56,968 bases of DNA from Collinsella sp. (GCA_019419485.1 DXZV01000001.1:2103-59070), one strand, 5' to 3'; positions 9,270 to 18,696 are shown, counted from the stretch's first letter. The notes: a model not told the origin generated them from the sequence alone. Made by a program: numbers and translations.

Positions 9270-9443
9270 CCGAAGTGGATAAACCCTTTTCCCGACCGCC
9301 GAAGACACACGTAAGCGACATGTCCATGAGGGTATAATTTGCACCGTATGTCTGCACAACGCCTGTGCGCGTACGGTTTTATTCGGGCTACCGTCCATTT
9401 CCGTGGAGGCACGGTTCGGCGGCCCTAACAAGAGAGGGGTTCT

Positions 9444-10283
9444 ATGTATAAGATCCTGGAGAAGACGCAGTTCTCGGAGAAGGTGTTCAAGTTCCGCATC
9501 GAGGCGCCTGCAATCGCCAAGCATGCGCACGCTGGACAGTTCCTCATGGTTCGCGCCAACGAGACGGGCGAACGTGTCCCGTTTACCCTGGCCGGCTGGA
9601 ACGGTGACGAGGGCTGGGTCGAGTTCATCTTCATGGTGATCGGCAAGACCACCGAGATGCTTTCCACCTACGAGGCCGGCGAGTCGCTGCGCGACGTCGT
9701 GGGCCCGCTGGGCGTTCCCACCGAGATGGCCGAGGGCCCCTGCGCCGTCATTGGCGGCGGCGTCGGCCTGGCAATTGCCTTCCCGGTCGCCAAGCACCTG
9801 GTCGAGACCGGCCACGAGGTGCACGCCATCATGGGCGCCCGCACCAAGGACCTCCTGCTCATGGAGGACCAGTTCCGCGAGCTCCTCGACGAGGACCACA
9901 TCCACATCACCACTGACGACGGCTCCTATGGCGAGCAGGGCGTTGTCACCGCTCCGCTGGAGCGCCTGCTGCAGGACAAGGCCGTGAGCCAGGTCTTCTG
10001 CGTCGGCCCCGTTCCGATGATGAAGTTCTCGACCCTCACCGCCCAGAAGTACGACACCCCCATCACCGCGTCGCTCAACCCCATCATGGTTGACGGCACC
10101 GGTATGTGCGGCTGCTGCCGCGTCGAGGTGGGCGGCGTGACCAAGTTCGCTTGCGTCGACGGCCCCGACTTCGATGCCACCCTGGTCGACTGGGATGACC
10201 TTCGTGCCCGCCAGGCCGCTTACCGTTCCGAAGAGGGCGCGTCCCTCAAGGCCTATGAGGAAAAGAGCTGCGCATGCCACTAG
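9444..10283 (+). CDS. NfnA/SudB-like FAD/NAD- and [2Fe-2S]-binding subunit
   Basis: GQFLMVR, ERVPFT, GGGVG, NPIMVDGTGMCGCCRV...CVDGPDF. Confidence 0.88.
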   Translation: MYKILEKTQFSEKVFKFRIEAPAIAKHAHAGQFLMVRANETGERVPFTLAGWNGDEGWVEFIFMVIGKTTEMLSTYEAGESLRDVVGPLGVPTEMAEGPCAVIGGGVGLAIAFPVAKHLVETGHEVHAIMGARTKDLLLMEDQFRELLDEDHIHITTDDGSYGEQGVVTAPLERLLQDKAVSQVFCVGPVPMMKFSTLTAQKYDTPITASLNPIMVDGTGMCGCCRVEVGGVTKFACVDGPDFDATLVDWDDLRARQAAYRSEEGASLKAYEEKSCACH

Positions 10284-11683
10284 TTAACGGTCGTTTCGTT
10301 GCCGATATGAAGTCGCCCCGCACCCCCGATAACGAGGAGCCGGCTGCCGAGCGCGCCTGCGACTTCCGCCCCGTCGACAAGGGCTTCACCGAGGAGATGG
10401 CGCTGGCCGAGGCCGAGCGCTGTCTCAACTGCAAGAAGCCGTTCTGTGTTGAGGGCTGCCCCGTCAACATCAACATTCCCCGCTTTATCGAGCAGATCCG
10501 CGCGAAGGACTTCGGCGGCGCTCTCGATACCATCCGCGAGGACTCCATGCTTCCCGCCATCTGCGGTCGCGTCTGCCCGCAGGAGAACCAGTGCGAGGGC
10601 AAGTGCATCCGTGGTAAGAAGTCCGAGCCCGTGGCCATCGGCCAGCTCGAGCGCTTCCTGGGTGACCGCCCCGAGCTCGCCTCCACGCCCAAGATGGCCC
10701 CCAAGAACGGCAAGAAGGTCGCCGTCGTGGGCTCTGGCCCGTCCGGCATCACCTGCGCCGGCGAGCTCGCCCGTAACGGCTTTGACGTCACCGTCTTTGA
10801 GGCCTTCTTTACCGGCGGCGGCGTGCTGGTCTACGGCATCCCCGAGTTCCGTCTGCCCAAGGCGGTCGTCAAGCGCGAGATTGACGGCCTGGAGGGCATG
10901 GGCGTCAAGTTTGAGTACAACTCCGTCGTGGGCAACATGGCCACGGCCGAGGAGCTGTTCGAGCAGGGCTTCGACGCCATCTACGTGGCGACCGGCGCTG
11001 GCCTGCCCAAGTTCCTCAACGTCCCCGGCGAGAACCTGCCCAACGTCTTCTTCGCCAACGAGTACCTCACCCGCGTGAACCTGATGAAGGCCAACAAGTT
11101 CCCCGAGTACGACACCCCCACCAAGCACGGCAAGAACGTCGTCGTCTTTGGTGGCGGCAACGTGGCTATGGACGCCGTCCGTACCGCCAAGCGCCTGGGC
11201 GCCGAGCACGCCATCATCGCCTACCGTCGTACCGAGGACGAGATGCCCTGCCGTCGCGCCGAGCTGCACCATGCTAAGGCCGAGGGCGTCGAGGTTCTGC
11301 CGCTCGTCTCCCCGCTCGAGTTTGTCGCTGGCGAGGACGGCTCCGTGTGCGCCGTCAAGGTCCAGAAGATGGAGCTCGGCGAGCCCGACGAGTCCGGCCG
11401 CCGTCGCCCGGTGCCCATCGAGGGCGCCATCGAGGAGATTCCCTGCGACGTCGCGATCTCGGCTATCGGCACCAACGCCAACCCCTTCGCAAAGAAGATC
11501 GGCGGCAAGATGGAGCTCAACAAGTGGGGCTACATCGTTGCCGACGAGGAGACCGGCCAGACCACCGATCCCCGCATCTGGGCCGGCGGCGACATCGTCA
11601 CCGGTGCCGCTACGGTCATTCTGGCGATGGGCGCCGGCAAGAAGGCCGCCGCTTCCATCACCAAGAGCCTGCTGGGCGAGTAA
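10274..11683 (+). CDS. NfnB/SudA-like subunit (often annotated NADPH-dependent glutamate synthase small chain)
   Basis: EAERCLNC...CVEGCPV, CGRVCPQENQCE, GSGPSG, YGIPEFRLP, GGGNVAMD, AGGDIVTG; overlaps the upstream gene. Confidence 0.88.
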   Translation: MPLVNGRFVADMKSPRTPDNEEPAAERACDFRPVDKGFTEEMALAEAERCLNCKKPFCVEGCPVNINIPRFIEQIRAKDFGGALDTIREDSMLPAICGRVCPQENQCEGKCIRGKKSEPVAIGQLERFLGDRPELASTPKMAPKNGKKVAVVGSGPSGITCAGELARNGFDVTVFEAFFTGGGVLVYGIPEFRLPKAVVKREIDGLEGMGVKFEYNSVVGNMATAEELFEQGFDAIYVATGAGLPKFLNVPGENLPNVFFANEYLTRVNLMKANKFPEYDTPTKHGKNVVVFGGGNVAMDAVRTAKRLGAEHAIIAYRRTEDEMPCRRAELHHAKAEGVEVLPLVSPLEFVAGEDGSVCAVKVQKMELGEPDESGRRRPVPIEGAIEEIPCDVAISAIGTNANPFAKKIGGKMELNKWGYIVADEETGQTTDPRIWAGGDIVTGAATVILAMGAGKKAAASITKSLLGE

Positions 11684-11711
11684 TCACCTGCAGTGCTAGC
11701 CATCAAACGGC

Positions 11712-11750
11712 AAAGTCCCCGTCGAGCACACGCCCGGCGGGGACTTTTTT
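11712..11750 (+). terminator. Intrinsic terminator after the nfnB-like gene
   Basis: aaagtccccgtcg...cggcggggactttttt. Confidence 0.8.
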
Positions 11751-11760
11751 ATGCCGGCCG

Positions 11761-12136
11761 CCCAAACCACCACGATGGGGCAGGCACCTTTGTGGTGGTT
11801 TGGGACTTGCCCGGTCGTTTTGTCTCAATCTGTAACAGCTGGAGTCCGTTGAGCCCTGCAGTTGTTACAGATTGAGATATTGTGCCGGCCGGCCACGCTG
11901 CATCTCAATCTGTAACAGTTAGAGACCAAATATGCCGCCTGGTGTTACAGATCAAGACGTTGGGCTGACGGCCGAACGGTTCATCTCAATCTGTAACAGT
12001 TAGAGCCATTTTCGCTGGCTTGGTGTTACAGATCGAGACTATGCAAAAGCCGAGGATAGGCACTGCCGCCAAGGCCTTCCCCTCAGCCTAAAACAAAAAC
12101 CACCACAAAGGTGCCTGTCCCCTTTGTGGTGGTTTT
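11761..12136. repeat. Composite repeat: inverted REP-like pair framing six alternately oriented 15-bp repeats
   Basis: ccaccacaaagg-type hairpins at 11761-11804 and 12096-12136; tctcaatctgtaaca at 11823, 11903 and 11984, with its reverse complement at 11863, 11943 and 12024. Confidence 0.92.
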
Positions 12137-12142
12137 GGTCGG

Positions 12143-12766
12143 CTAGCCTTCGAGCTGGGCGACTTTGTAGCGGTAGGCAGCGGCGATAACGTCTTTGCAG
12201 CCTTCGCGCCCCAGCTTGGCGCGGTTGACGACGATGTCCTTGCCGCTCGTCATCTTCCACTTTCCGGCACTGTAGCGCTTATAGAACGCCTCGCGCGCCT
12301 TCTGCTGCTGCTTGACCAGCTTGGCGCCCTTCTTTTTGTTGAGGCCGCGCTTCTTGCGCACGATCTCGACGCGGTCCTCAAAGGGCGCAGTCACCAGCAC
12401 GGCGATGTGGTTGGGGTTGTTGCGCAGCAGATAATCGGACAGACGGCCTTCGATAATGCAGCTCTCGGTCTCGCCCAGATCCAAGATCACTTGGCTCATC
12501 TTTTGGAACAACTTGTCCGAGTACGAACGCGCATCGTAGCGGTCGGGCAGAAACGCCATGTTCTCCACAGCCAGACGCTCGTCGTAGGCGGCCATCTTAT
12601 CGAGCGACTCACCCGCACGCAGCGACGCGCGCACCAGCAGCTCGTTGTCGTACAGCGGAATCCCCAGCTCGTCGGCAAGTATGCGGCCAATCTCGTGACC
12701 CTCGGCGCCAAAATCGCGCGCGATGGTAATGACCACAGGATTCTTCTTATTCTCCAGATCGCTCAT
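12143..12766 (-). CDS. Cytidylate kinase-like (AAA) family protein
   Basis: VITIARDFGAEGHEIGRILADELGIPLYD, SCIIEGR; start at MSDLEN after an aaagga RBS. Confidence 0.8.
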   Translation of the reverse strand: MSDLENKKNPVVITIARDFGAEGHEIGRILADELGIPLYDNELLVRASLRAGESLDKMAAYDERLAVENMAFLPDRYDARSYSDKLFQKMSQVILDLGETESCIIEGRLSDYLLRNNPNHIAVLVTAPFEDRVEIVRKKRGLNKKKGAKLVKQQQKAREAFYKRYSAGKWKMTSGKDIVVNRAKLGREGCKDVIAAAYRYKVAQLEG

Positions 12767-12814
12767 CGCGATTCCTTTCTCTATGTGACAAAGGGGCTGT
12801 CCCTTTGCCACATT

Positions 12815-13453
12815 CTACGCTGCCATCATTCGCCTCTGATACGCTCTCACCAGCAGCGAGATACCAAAGTTGAGCACAAAGTACATCGCAAACACCAGGC
12901 CGTAGAGCATAAGCACCTGCGACAGATCGATCGCGTGGGCCATCACGACGTTTGCCGTGTACATGAGTTCGGCCACGTTAATGCCCGAAAGATACGAGCT
13001 GTCCTTAATGACGGTCGTGCACTGGCTAAACAGCGCCGGGATGATTGTCTTAAACGTCTGCGGCAGAATGATGTAGCGCATGGTGGCAAAGAAGCCAAAG
13101 CCCTGGCTCTGTGCCGCCTCAAACTGCCCGCGCGGAATCGAGTTGAGGCCGCCGCGCACAATCTCGGCCATAACGGCGCTGGTAAACAGCGTAAAGGCGA
13201 TGGTCGAGATCACAATATCCAAACCCTGCACCGTAAAGTAGATAAACAGGATCCACAGCAGGTTCGGCGTGCAGCGGAACAGCTCGATATAGGCGCTCAC
13301 CAAAATACGGAACGGGCGGGGCGCATAGCTCTTGACGAGCGCCAGCACCGTGCCAAAGATGAGCGAGAAAAAGATCGACAGTGCCGAGATCTCGATGGTC
13401 TTAACAAAGCCGCCCCAAATGTAGAGCAGGTTGGTCGCGTTGAAGATTTCCAT
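12815..13453 (-). CDS. Polar amino-acid ABC transporter permease
   Basis: YIELFRCTP, AEIVRGG, GQFEAAQSQG (EAA loop), IKDSS. Confidence 0.92.
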   Translation of the reverse strand: MEIFNATNLLYIWGGFVKTIEISALSIFFSLIFGTVLALVKSYAPRPFRILVSAYIELFRCTPNLLWILFIYFTVQGLDIVISTIAFTLFTSAVMAEIVRGGLNSIPRGQFEAAQSQGFGFFATMRYIILPQTFKTIIPALFSQCTTVIKDSSYLSGINVAELMYTANVVMAHAIDLSQVLMLYGLVFAMYFVLNFGISLLVRAYQRRMMAA

Positions 13454-13456
13454 GCG

Positions 13457-14203
13457 CTAGGCCTCCTCTACGTTGTCGAGTCCCAGCTCGGCCAGGCTCA
13501 CGCCGCGCGGACGCTCCTTGGAGCGGCGCTCGAGCCACTGCACCAGCATGGCGAGCGGAAAGCAGATGATGAAGTACATAAGGCAGCAGACGATGTATCC
13601 CTGCAGGTACCCGTACAGACTCACAAAGTTGTCGGAACGATACATAAGGTCGCCACCGGCCACGAGCGCCAGCACCGACGTGTTCTTGACCAGGTTGAGC
13701 GCCTGGTTGCACAGCGGCGGTAGAATGATCTTGAATGTCTGGGGCAGCACGATGTACCAGTAGGACTGCACGCGGGTGAAGCCCTGGCTCTGAGCCGCCT
13801 CCATCTGACCGCGCGGAACGGCCTCGATGCCGGTGCGGATGACCTCCGAGATGTAGGCCGCGTGATACAGGCCCACACCCAAGAAGCCCAGCACGAACGG
13901 CGCGATGCGCACCGGCTGGTCGGCGCCGGTTATAGCCTGCAAAAACTGCGGGCCAGCCATGTACATAAAGAGCACCTGCACGGGCAACGGGGTGTTCTGG
14001 TAAAACTCCACGTACACGCGGCTTATGGCGCGCAGCACGCGCGAGCGAGTGGTAGAGAACACGCCCAGCAATGTGCCCAGCACCAGCGACAGCAGCAGAC
14101 CGGCAACGACCACCTGTAGCGTCACGCCAAAGCCCTCCCAGAAGGGCCCCATGTTTTGAAATGTCGTCGACCAACGGTCGGCGTCAAATAATCCTTCGAG
14201 CAT
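13457..14203 (-). CDS. Polar amino-acid ABC transporter permease
   Basis: YVEFYQNTP, SEVIRTG, GQMEAAQSQG, LVKNTS; start at MLEGLF. Confidence 0.92.
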   Translation of the reverse strand: MLEGLFDADRWSTTFQNMGPFWEGFGVTLQVVVAGLLLSLVLGTLLGVFSTTRSRVLRAISRVYVEFYQNTPLPVQVLFMYMAGPQFLQAITGADQPVRIAPFVLGFLGVGLYHAAYISEVIRTGIEAVPRGQMEAAQSQGFTRVQSYWYIVLPQTFKIILPPLCNQALNLVKNTSVLALVAGGDLMYRSDNFVSLYGYLQGYIVCCLMYFIICFPLAMLVQWLERRSKERPRGVSLAELGLDNVEEA

Positions 14204-14228
14204 TTGATTCCTTCCTTGGACGATGCGC

Positions 14229-15104
14229 CTATACAAGACCCCAGGTCTTGACCTCTTGGTCGAGCCAGCCATCGGCCAGGCGATCGCAAATCACCTGATC
14301 GACCACAGCCGAAAGGTCGCAGCCCTTCTTGGTCGCCACGCCGTAGCCCTGCTCGCCAAACTTGACCTCGGGCTGTAGCAGCTCAACGGTCTCGTTCATG
14401 TAACCGGCCAGCGTGGAACGGTCCATGGCAAAGACGTCGATATTGCCGGCGTCGAGCGAACTCTTGATGATGGGGTAGCCGCTAAAAGCCCTAAACTCGG
14501 GCTTGCAGCTAAAGCCGTTGTCCTTGATCATCTGCTCGATCAGGCCCTGCGTGGTGGCACCCTGGCTCACGCCGATGACCTTGCCGTCCAGGTCCTCAAT
14601 CGAGGTAAAGCCCGAACGTTTCTTGACCATGAGTCCCACGTAGTCGGTGCGGTACGGCGTCGAGAAATCCCAGCTCTTCTTGCGCTCGTCGGTGATGGTG
14701 TAGGTCGCCGCGACCACGTCGAGTTGGCCGTTATCGATCAGCGGGCCGCGCGTCTTGGGCGTTACGTCGGTAAACTCGACAAGCTCCTGGGCGCGGGCCT
14801 CCTTGTAGCTCACGCCAAAGACGGCAGCGGCGATCTGGTAGCACAAATCGACTTCCATGCCCTCAAAGCGGCCCTTGGCGGTGTCGTAATAGCCATAGCC
14901 GGGAACGTCCTTCTTAACGCCGGCATTCAGATGGCCACGCGACTTGATGGCCGCAAGCTTGGACCCCTTGTCGGAGCCCTCGCCGCTGGTGGAGTTACCG
15001 CAACCGGTAAGCGCGGTCCCCGTCAGCGCGAGCATGCCGACGCCCGCCAGCTGCAAAAAGTGACGGCGCGACACGGCCGCCCTCGTCATATCCGTCATGT
15101 CCAT
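14229..15104 (-). CDS. Polar amino-acid (Glu/Asp/Gln-type) ABC substrate-binding lipoprotein with Tat-like signal
   Basis: SRRHFL twin-arginine motif, LTGC lipobox, GVKKDVPGYG, ATYTITDERKK. Confidence 0.88.
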   Translation of the reverse strand: MDMTDMTRAAVSRRHFLQLAGVGMLALTGTALTGCGNSTSGEGSDKGSKLAAIKSRGHLNAGVKKDVPGYGYYDTAKGRFEGMEVDLCYQIAAAVFGVSYKEARAQELVEFTDVTPKTRGPLIDNGQLDVVAATYTITDERKKSWDFSTPYRTDYVGLMVKKRSGFTSIEDLDGKVIGVSQGATTQGLIEQMIKDNGFSCKPEFRAFSGYPIIKSSLDAGNIDVFAMDRSTLAGYMNETVELLQPEVKFGEQGYGVATKKGCDLSAVVDQVICDRLADGWLDQEVKTWGLV

Positions 15105-15112
15105 CACCGCGC

Positions 15113-15844
15113 CTAGTGCAGAATCTTGGACAGGAACTCGCGGCAACGCGGGTTCTCGGGGTTATCGAAGAAGTGCTCGGGCGTGCCCTCCTCCAAGATG
15201 CGGCCGTCCTCCATAAAGATGACGCGGTCGGCCACCTGGCGCGCAAAGCCCATCTCATGCGTCACGCAGATCATGGTGATATCCTCCTGCGCGAGCTCAA
15301 TCATAACGTCCAGGACTTCCTGGACCATCTCGGGGTCGAGCGCCGAGGTCGGTTCGTCAAACAGGATAATAGGCTGCTTGGTGCACAGGGCACGGGCGAT
15401 GGCGATGCGCTGCTGCTGACCGCCCGAGAGATTCTGCGGATACTCGCCGGCCTTATGAGCCATGCCGACGCGCTTGAGCGCGGCGATGGCGATCTCGGTC
15501 GCCTCCTCCTTGCTCTTCTTTTGTAGCTTGATGGGCGCGAGCGTCAGGTTGCCGAGCACCGTCATGTTGGGATACAGGTTGAACTGCTGAAACACCATGG
15601 AGCTGTACTTGCGAGCCATCTCCAGGTGATTCTTCTTGGTAAGCGGCGTGCCGTCGATGATGACCTCGCCCGACGTGGGCTCCTCCAGATAATCGACGCA
15701 ACGGATGAGCGTCGACTTGCCCGAGCCGGAAGGCCCGATCATTACGAGCTTCTCGCCGCGCTTGACGGTGAGGTTGATATCTTTGAGCACATGCAGGTCG
15801 CCAAAGTACTTGTTGAGATGCTTGATCTCGATCATGTCTGCCAT
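15113..15844 (-). CDS. Amino-acid ABC transporter ATP-binding protein (GlnQ family)
   Basis: [43 protein letters not shown]. Confidence 0.94.
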   Translation of the reverse strand: MADMIEIKHLNKYFGDLHVLKDINLTVKRGEKLVMIGPSGSGKSTLIRCVDYLEEPTSGEVIIDGTPLTKKNHLEMARKYSSMVFQQFNLYPNMTVLGNLTLAPIKLQKKSKEEATEIAIAALKRVGMAHKAGEYPQNLSGGQQQRIAIARALCTKQPIILFDEPTSALDPEMVQEVLDVMIELAQEDITMICVTHEMGFARQVADRVIFMEDGRILEEGTPEHFFDNPENPRCREFLSKILH

Positions 15845-16012
15845 GGATGTCCCTTCCCTGCGTTTACACGAGTTGAACTATTGTACGGAAAGAACCACGT
15901 TTCCGCAGCCCACACTACATTCCCGTAAAGAACCCGCAATCTTCCACCCACTCATTGGGCACTCATTTAAGTCTGTCCCCAGTGAGCGCCCAACCGCCCT
16001 TGTTGAGCATAA

Positions 16013-16160
16013 GTCAGCGAAAACCCGTACACGCGAGCAAGGTGACGTGAAATGAAAGGGCGCTGACCTTATGGTCGCGCCCTTGAAATTGAACGTCAGA
16101 TTGCCGCGTGTACGGGTTTGCAGCGTCGAGCCGTTACGCGGTTTGGTAAAACCGCGTAAC
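16013..16160 (+). repeat. ~148-nt structured repeat / candidate ncRNA or MITE, copy 1
   Basis: Aligns with 46008-46154; long nested stem plus an identical 28-nt terminal hairpin. Confidence 0.8.
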
Positions 16161-16163
16161 AAA

Positions 16164-16613
16164 TTACGCGAGTTTGGCTCCGACGATCTTTGCCGCGGCC
16201 GGCTTATCGAAGTTGCCGCCAGTGGCCTTGCCGAGTGCACCCATAACCTGGCCCATCTGCTTCTTGGACGTGGCGCCCAGCTCGGCGATGACCTGCTCGA
16301 TCAGAGCCTCGAGCTCCTCGCCCGAAACCTGCGCGGGCAGCAGGCTCTCCAGAATCTTGACCTGCTCGGTCAGGTTGTCGGTACGCTCCTGGTCGGTGCC
16401 GGCCTTGATGGACATCTCCAGTGTCTCGCTCGTCTGCTTGATCAGACGCTTGATCATGCTGTTGACGTCTTCCTCGGTCACATCGCGGCGCTCATTGACC
16501 TCGATATTCTTCACCTCGGCCTTAACCTGGCGAATGATGGACAGGCGAACCTTGTCCTTGGCCTTCATGGCCGCGATCATTTCCTTCTGCAGCTCTTCGT
16601 TGGTCATCTGCAA
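16164..16613 (-). CDS. GatB/YqeY domain protein
   Basis: MIAAMKAKDKVRLSIIR...LLPAQVS...KKQMGQVMG. Confidence 0.9.
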   Translation of the reverse strand: MQMTNEELQKEMIAAMKAKDKVRLSIIRQVKAEVKNIEVNERRDVTEEDVNSMIKRLIKQTSETLEMSIKAGTDQERTDNLTEQVKILESLLPAQVSGEELEALIEQVIAELGATSKKQMGQVMGALGKATGGNFDKPAAAKIVGAKLA

Positions 16614-16661
16614 ATCCTCTCTAATAGCGTGGGCGGCACTCGCGCGAGCACCGCCCCATGA

Positions 16662-17882
16662 TTACTCAGTCGTCGACGAATCGTCGGTCGAACTCTTGGT
16701 GATGCCCTTCAGACTCACGTTATAGGGTACGTCCTTGGGCATGGGGTTGACGGTAATGTCGGCGTCCTTCTTGTACTGCCCCAGCCACTCACTGTACGCG
16801 GTACTGGCCGCCTGCGTCTTCACCACGTTGGAGACGTACTTCTTGATGGCCTTGGGCACCTGGTTGATGTCATCAACCTGATTATCGACATGGAAGTAGT
16901 CGGTGCACTTGATGATGTGGTAGCCATAGGTCGACTCGATGACTTCGCTCACGTCGCCCTTGTTGAGCCCCTCGAGCGCCGTCTGGTAGCTGTCGACAAA
17001 GGTGGTGAGCTTATCCCAGCCCACATCGCCCTTCTTCTCCTTGGAACCGGTGTCCTCGGAGTACTGCTCAACGGCGTCCTCAAAGCTCAGCTCACCGGAG
17101 TTGATCTTGTCCAGGCACTCCTGCGCCTTGGCCTTGGCGGCAGCCTTGTCCTCGTCGGAAGCGTCGGAATCAACCTTGATCAGGATGTTCGACGAGCGAC
17201 GGGCGTCGTTGTAGCTGGACAGGTTTTCGTTGATGTAATCGACAATCTCGCTGTCCTTGGGTTTGCTCGTGGGCGCGACGGCATCCTTGAGTTTCTGCTG
17301 CGCCAGACTCTCCTTGAGCGAATCCTTGTAGGTATCCTCGGTATAGCCGTAGGTCTTGAGGGTCTTCTTAAAGGCCTTGGCACCGCCCGCGCTCTTGCAC
17401 GCGTCCTTCCAAGCCTTCTCGACCTCCTCGTCCGACACCGTCACGCCGTTCTCCTTCTGTGCCTGTTGAAGCAGAATCTGCTGCGTGTAGGAGTCGATGA
17501 GTTGCTTGCGATACTTCTTGGGCGTGAGGTCGTTGTCGACCAGATACTGCGCCCAGTCCTTGTCCTTGGTGTAGCCGTAGGACGTGCGCATGCTCATGAT
17601 CTGCTTGGTCACGGTGTCCTCGGTGAGGTTGGTGCCGTTGATAGTAGCAGCAACACCGCCGGTCAGCTTGTAGCCCGAGGTGTCCTCGGCCTGCGACATA
17701 AGGCCGGAGCACGCCATCGCCGAGACGGAAAGCAGCATCGCCAGCACGCCGATGACCACCAGAACGATCTTGACGGTCTTGGACACGCGGGTCTTGCGCT
17801 GCTTCTTGCGAGAGTTGGAGGCGGCGCGAGCCTGCTGCTCGGGCGTCGGCTCGAGTGCGGGGTTCTTTTTCTTATTTGCCAT
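16662..17882 (-). CDS. Membrane-anchored SurA/PrsA-like peptidyl-prolyl isomerase
   Basis: N-terminal TM segment, SurA-N-like helices, parvulin motifs FEDAVEQYSED...GDVG...STYGYHIIK. Confidence 0.85.
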   Translation of the reverse strand: MANKKKNPALEPTPEQQARAASNSRKKQRKTRVSKTVKIVLVVIGVLAMLLSVSAMACSGLMSQAEDTSGYKLTGGVAATINGTNLTEDTVTKQIMSMRTSYGYTKDKDWAQYLVDNDLTPKKYRKQLIDSYTQQILLQQAQKENGVTVSDEEVEKAWKDACKSAGGAKAFKKTLKTYGYTEDTYKDSLKESLAQQKLKDAVAPTSKPKDSEIVDYINENLSSYNDARRSSNILIKVDSDASDEDKAAAKAKAQECLDKINSGELSFEDAVEQYSEDTGSKEKKGDVGWDKLTTFVDSYQTALEGLNKGDVSEVIESTYGYHIIKCTDYFHVDNQVDDINQVPKAIKKYVSNVVKTQAASTAYSEWLGQYKKDADITVNPMPKDVPYNVSLKGITKSSTDDSSTTE

Positions 17883-17958
17883 AGTTGGCCTTTCGCATAA
17901 CGAATCGAACAAACGCCATTGTGTCACAACGCAGCCCCCGCGGCACGCTTGGTGCATT

Positions 17959-18095
17959 GGGGACAGGTTAATCTGCACCATTTTGGTGCAAAGGGGACAG
18001 CTCTGGCAGCCGGCAGTTAGGGACGTTCCTTTTCTGCCGGCAGTTAGGGACAGTCCCCAAGTGCCGGCACATAAGGAACGTCCCTAGGTGCCGGC
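17959..18095. repeat. Cluster of GGGAC REP-like hairpins
   Basis: Four GGGAC plus two GTCCC motifs; gccggcagttagggac occurs twice; gccggcac...gtgccggc stems. Confidence 0.7.
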
Positions 18096-18106
18096 TTAGC
18101 CCCACC

Positions 18107-18571
18107 TTAGAAGTGGCGGCGGATGGCGTCGACCATGCCCTGCGGCGTGGTCTGGCCGAGCACGTCGGCTGCGGCATCGGCGTCCATAAAGATGTTCATG
18201 AGCGCCTGCAGAGCCTCGACCTGGCCGCCCGGCTCGGCGATGCCCAGATTGATGACGATCTGCGCCGGCACCGGAGCGCCCATGCCAGCCATAGCGTTAA
18301 ATGTCACGGGCGCGGAGGGCTTCACCACCGCGATATAGGGCTTGGCCACAAACCCCGGATCGGTATGCGGAATGGCAATGTTTGCCGCCGGCATGGCAAG
18401 ACCCGTGGGATAGGCATCCTCGCGCGTGCGAACGGCGTCGAGCCAACCGTCGGCAATGTAGCCGCGCGGAGCAAGCTCACTCTCGAGTTGCGCAAACACC
18501 TCACCCGGCGTCGCACACTCCCAATCAAAAAACACCAGCTCAGGCGTAAACAACGCTTCGTTATCCGCCAT
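18107..18571 (-). CDS. Stand-alone PTS EIIA (galactitol/fructose-type EIIA_2 fold)
   Basis: REDAYPTGL...IAIPHTD (phosphorylated His motif). Confidence 0.85.
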   Translation of the reverse strand: MADNEALFTPELVFFDWECATPGEVFAQLESELAPRGYIADGWLDAVRTREDAYPTGLAMPAANIAIPHTDPGFVAKPYIAVVKPSAPVTFNAMAGMGAPVPAQIVINLGIAEPGGQVEALQALMNIFMDADAAADVLGQTTPQGMVDAIRRHF

Positions 18572-18696
18572 GCGCTCACCTCTCTCACCTAGTCATTCAG
18601 GAACGTCCCCGATGACTGCCCAAAACAAAAGGTGGCCACGCGCGCCTTGGCGCCAATGACCACCCTGACCACTCAACTAAATTGTACTGTGCGCCG

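Noticed and set aside
11823..12038. CRISPR array
   Set aside because: Repeats are 15 bp and alternate in orientation, with no leader or cas genes; kept as an unexplained array instead.
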